A stretch of DNA of 64,000 nt from Eledone cirrhosa (Eukaryota), in assembly GCA_964016885.1 (NCBI GenBank), contig OZ024741.1, positions 163,618,001 through 163,682,000 on the forward strand, read 5' to 3'. Positions 59,070 to 64,000 of the stretch are shown here, piece after piece. Every line of letters starts with the position of its first letter. The first letter of the stretch is position 1. The position numbers and the translations under genes were made by a program. Below the pieces are notes generated by a model, which saw only the letters and a list, made by a program, of their open reading frames with translations, ran no database searches and had not been told where the DNA came from.

Positions 59070-59931
59070 AAGAATTTATACTAGTAACTAACCCGCTGTT
59101 TTACGAATTGAATAAGTAACATTTCGATTATTCTTCATATCATGTTTCTTCATCAAACTGCAAAAGGTGATGAAATATTATTATATATATATTTGTGTGT
59201 GTGTGTGTGTGTGTGTCCGTGTGTGTGTGTATGCGTGCATCTGCATATGTGTATGTGTGTGTGTTTACGCGTGAAGAGGATATTAAACAAGTAACTGCGA
59301 AATCGATAATAATAATAAAGTCAGGAAGTATATTTTTTCATGTATTCCACACATTTGGATCATAAGCATATGTGCATTCTATATTATATATTGGACATCG
59401 ATATATAGATTTCATGAGAGTCAATCCGTTAGATGTGTCTATGTTCGTCATCTGTGCAAGATCCATAATTATAGATTATGATTGATTAGGAGCTTGAAGT
59501 TTGTAGCCCAGTATGACCGTAGTCAAACTAGTAAAATTATAAATGAATAAAACAATATATGCATATAACATACCCAAACAAACACGCATATATATATATA
59601 CATATACACAAGTCCACACAAATATCTATGTATATATACGCGTGGTATATATATATATATATATATATAGTATTAATACATAAAGGAACAAAGAATCAGC
59701 ATCATATACATATTTATTACATATTACATATGTTTCACTGTCGATCAGCTCGAGGAATGGTCTATTAATGATCGAAGCTGACTCTGGATTCGGAAGCTCC
59801 TCAGATATGTTTTAATTTGCAGGCTCACATCTGAGAGTCATTAGCACTATTGATACCCTTCTCCCCAAGAGCATCGAGTGCTCAACCGGCGCATACCGCC
59901 TCCAGCCGCAATTAACTTGCACCTTAACACC

Positions 59932-59998
<67 letters not shown>

Positions 59999-60001
<3 letters not shown>

Positions 60002-60188
60002 AGTAAGTAAAACCCCGACGGCTGAGCTCAAGCCGTTTCGACGGCTAATTCTGACAGAATTAGCCGTCGAAATGGCTTGAGCTCAGCCGTCGGGGTCTCA
60101 CTTACTCCTATTACCCACTCTACTACCCTAAGTATTGAGTACTTTGGTGCGTTATGGTCCACCTGGTTCCTTACCACTTTTCCCTCGC
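59999..60188. mobile_element. Palindromic Penelope-like remnant (half-hammerhead family)
   Basis: Family match. Confidence 0.75.
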
Positions 60189-60298
60189 TATATATATATA
60201 TATATTTGAGTTTATGTTGGTAAAATACCAACACCTCAGTATGCAGACTGGAGCACTCGACGAAGTGCGCAGGTTGGTTTGGTTACTCCGGAGTAGTG

Positions 60299-60450
60299 TA
60301 AAATAAAGTTAAATAAAAGTCAAATGATTAAAATTTAGCTTCGTTTATTACTGCTATATATATTTCAGTGACAGCTGTCACTGAAATATATATAGCAGTA
60401 ATAAACGAAGCTAAATTTTAATCATTTGACTTTTATTTAACTTTATTTTA
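60299..60450. repeat. Perfect 152-bp palindrome derived from a hammerhead 3' half
   Basis: Axis 60374/60375; arms contain GAAA-TATATA-TA-GCAGT as at 54923. Confidence 0.9.
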
Positions 60451-61102
60451 TATATATATATATATATATGGAAGTTTAGTAAAATCGAAGCTTCGGCTGT
60501 AGCCAATCCAACGAGATAAAATCAGGAATTAGGCAGCCAAGCACTCCATGAGGAATCTCAGAGTAATAACATTCGTTAGACGGCATGACAAATTGAAAAC
60601 TGTGGCAGGCAAGCATAGCCACGCCACCGAAGCAACTAGAAAACCAACAATATGTATATTATATATATATAACATGCGTATAAATATTTGTGTGGGCTTG
60701 TGTATATGTGTGTGCGAGTGGGTGAAGGTGTGTGTGTGTGTGCGTGTATGTACGTGTGTGTGTGTGTGCGTGTATGTGCCTGTATGTGTATGTGTATGTG
60801 TGTTCGTGTGTGTGTGTGTCTGTGTGTGTCTGTGTGCGTGTTTCGTACACGCAACAAAGTATTGCAACCAAAGGTATCATGATTTAATACACCTGAATAA
60901 GTGTAAACTGTATTTGTTAATCATATCAGGTGAGAGAATGAGAGAGAATGAAAAACAACATGAGGTAACAGAAGTAACACAAGGGAGGTAACTAACCGTA
61001 TGAAAATAAGTTTCCCTTTGGAAAATTGGTGGAAATAATATACATATATATGTATATAAATATATACATACTACATATATATATATACACACACACACAT
61101 AT

Positions 61103-61169
<67 letters not shown>

Positions 61170-61356
61170 AATACCCATGGTTGATTAAGTCTATGAAAAA
61201 TCATTGGTCAGTCTGATGTCGATCGGTAGGTCGCACTCCAAAAATTTATACTTATTTATCGTTAAAAAAGTGCCACCTATACACGAGTATATACGGTATA
61301 TATATATATATACACAGACACACATATATACATATATATACATATATATATATACA

Positions 61357-61410
<54 letters not shown>

Positions 61411-62233
61411 CTTATATTATATATATAACGAAGGAGTTGTGGTAACGAACCATAAATAGCCATCGAAACGGCTTGAGCTCTGCCGTCGGGGTCATACTTT
61501 TTCCTATATATATATATATATATTCAGTGGCAAACTGGCCAGGTTACCGGGTTGCCCACAGTAGCATTACAGGTCCCCGCAGTAGCATTCCAGGGCCCGC
61601 TGTAGTATTTTAGGGGCCAATGCTTTGCTTTAAAAAATTACCTGAAGTCTAAGAGGAAGAATTAATTTTTATTTTAAATAAATAAAACAATTAAGCAAAG
61701 CATTTGATCAAACAATTCCCCGGGGAATTAATAGAAACCAAACTATATGATACTTCAAATGGCTGGAATCGGTGGTTGTACATTCTAGTAAATCTAAATG
61801 TTAGTGTATTCATTCATGCAAACATACATATATAGACATACACACACAAGCATGTATGTATCATTCGGTTTCCTAGTTAGAATTTTAGTCAACGACTTCA
61901 GTTATACCATTTACGTAGTTTTGTCTGTGTGTGCAATTGTTCTTCACGCTCCACATATGACGTATTATCTTCGTTTTTTTCGTTCATTGCCAGAGAACGT
62001 CTCTATGAACCACCTAAGAGAACTTTAGTCTATGACTTCTTTTATACCATAAACGTGGTTTTGTCTTTGCGTGTAATTGTTTTTCACCGCTCCAAATAAT
62101 GACGTATTATATTCGTTTTTCCCGTTCTTCGCCAGGGAACGTTTCCACGAACCAAAGTATCGTCTTCCTGTCTTCCCCCCGGTTGCAATGTTTTTTGAAA
62201 TATTCATTTCTGCGTTCACAGATTGACTTTGTT

Positions 62234-62284
62234 AGTTTCAGAAGATCCCGTTAAGGGTGAAAGCAGCGATTCTTTGCTTAAACT
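62234..62284 (+). ncRNA. Type-I hammerhead motif with U4A core (CAGAAGA)
   Basis: AGTTT-CAGAAGA-TCCC GTTAA GGGT-GAAA-GCA..TGC-TT-AAACT; tail at 62340 shared with 54020. Confidence 0.65.
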
Positions 62285-62391
62285 TTAATCTGTTATTTTA
62301 ATAAATATTTGCTCTACGGTTCTTATATATTTGATATATATTTATCCTTATCGAGCCCTCTTTGGAGTTTAGTCTTCAAATTTATTATTAT

Positions 62392-62433
<42 letters not shown>

Positions 62434-62462
62434 TTACACATACACACAAACTACTAACCAAA

Positions 62463-62652
62463 TAATTGTTTCTACTTTAGGCACAAGGCCAGCAATTACC
62501 CAGTGCATTACTGGTACTTTATTTTATCGACCCCGTAAGGATGAAAGGCAAAGTCAACCTCGGCGGGATTTGAACTCAGATCGTAAAGGGACGTAACTAT
62601 GCTGGAAAGCATGGCGTCCGACCCTCCACCGATACTGCCAATCCACCGCCCT
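62463..62652 (-). mobile_element. tRNA-derived SINE, full length with TSD
   Basis: AACTACTAACCAAATAAT duplicated at 62449 and 62653. Confidence 0.9.
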
Positions 62653-62694
62653 AACTACTAACCAAATAATGTTTGGTATCAATGGGTTCAAATC

Positions 62695-63005
62695 GAATTT
62701 TGAAAGTAGGTTTATAAGTATACATTTCAGTGCATCTTCATAGCTGTCTCAGTGGACTAGCGATAGGTACTAAAGACGTTGGTGATCCTGGCCTTAGGTT
62801 CAATCCTGGTCGAGAGGCACATGTGATCTTTTTCAGTTTTTATTTCACATAGAAAAACACTGAAAAGCTTTACCGGAAACCCTACTCCCAACGAGGATCG
62901 AACTTCAGAGCAGGATCACCACCGTCTATGATTCCTCCGACTCGGCCGCTAAGACAGCTACAAGAGTATAATGAAATTAATAATTATAAAACTACTTTCA
63001 AAATC
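62695..63005. mobile_element. Imperfect fold-back element with two opposed tRNA-like heads
   Basis: TAGCTGTCT.AG.GG..GGTGATCCTG..GTTC.ATCCT on both strands; outer arms TTTTGAAAGTAG / CTACTTTCAAAA. Confidence 0.55.
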
Positions 63006-63173
63006 AAAGTTAAAAAGAGGTGGTGTCATTCATGGATTTCCTAGAGCTATTACTATATATATACACATATATTCGGTGGACAAGGATGCAATTCACTTCA
63101 AGCACTCGGTGTCATATTACTTCTTTAAAATAAGGATGACGTAGAATATTTATAAAGATGAAAAATATATATA

Positions 63174-63224
<51 letters not shown>

Positions 63225-63944
63225 TATGCATTTTATAGGGAAGGAGAGTCAGTTTCTAACATAGACACAAAACTCTTCCATTGGAATTTAGACTTGTATG
63301 CATGTATACATAATAGTTACTTTTTAATCTGCTGATTATATTGATCCAGACAATCATATCTATTGTTCTGTCTTAGTAGACTTCCTTGAACCATTATTTC
63401 CTGCTTGTCACTTCAATTTTCACCTGAATAGATCACGTGGAATCCCAATGTAGAAGATTGCTAGATTTCCACCGATATAATGGTGTGCTGCAATCCCGTT
63501 TGCATCCTTATTTAGGTCATAAACTTTTATTTTTATTTCCATTTAGACAAATCAATGTATATCTATTCAATATTCGATATTAACTTATTTTCTAAAACGA
63601 AATCGATTCGAGCATTTAATTCAAGTAGCATCAACTGAGAAACTTACTTCCTGTAACTTTTGAAGCGATTTATTTGACTTCATCATGCGAGGAATATGAA
63701 GTTAAAACTGCTGAAAAATGTTAACGTACCTTGTCTGATTCTAGAACATATCTATATATAACAACTAATGCTATTTCAGACTTAATTTATACCTAGTTAA
63801 TAAATTTCATATAAAATCCCTGACTAATATAAGAAACATTAATTCGAAATATCAGGTAAGGAATAAAACTCTATTTAATTAAACGTCCATTTTACTGATG
63901 ACAAAAGGAGCCTTGCAATAATGATTTCTTACTTTGGTATAAGG

Positions 63945-64000
<56 letters not shown>

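Noticed and set aside
62740-62820. Functional tRNA gene
   Set aside because: No complete cloverleaf or acceptor stem; part of an inverted repeat

Overview
Eukaryotic, AT-rich, microsatellite-saturated DNA, most likely from a cephalopod (octopod). This assignment is inferred from the SINE family and the repeat landscape. No complete host gene is evident, and almost all listed ORFs are translations of simple repeats. The window contains: (i) decayed retrotransposons (an R4/Dong-like RLE LINE, CRE, RTE and L1/Tx1 fragments, and a Penelope GIY-YIG fragment), Tc1/mariner and hAT remnants, and many tRNA-derived SINEs; (ii) about 19 recognisable type-I hammerhead ribozyme (HHR) motifs from more than 10 unrelated short Penelope-like repeat families sitting in (TA)n tracts, often as fold-back palindromes, plus one tandem pair 624 nt apart; (iii) a 7.3-kb compound low-complexity block (32.2-39.5 kb) made of a 4.4-kb frame-preserving 9-mer array open as PTT, NNT and GVV, a 750-bp variant (TTAGGG)n interstitial telomere-like array, and a 222-bp higher-order TAC repeat. 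All structures were read by eye; no database search or folding program was run.
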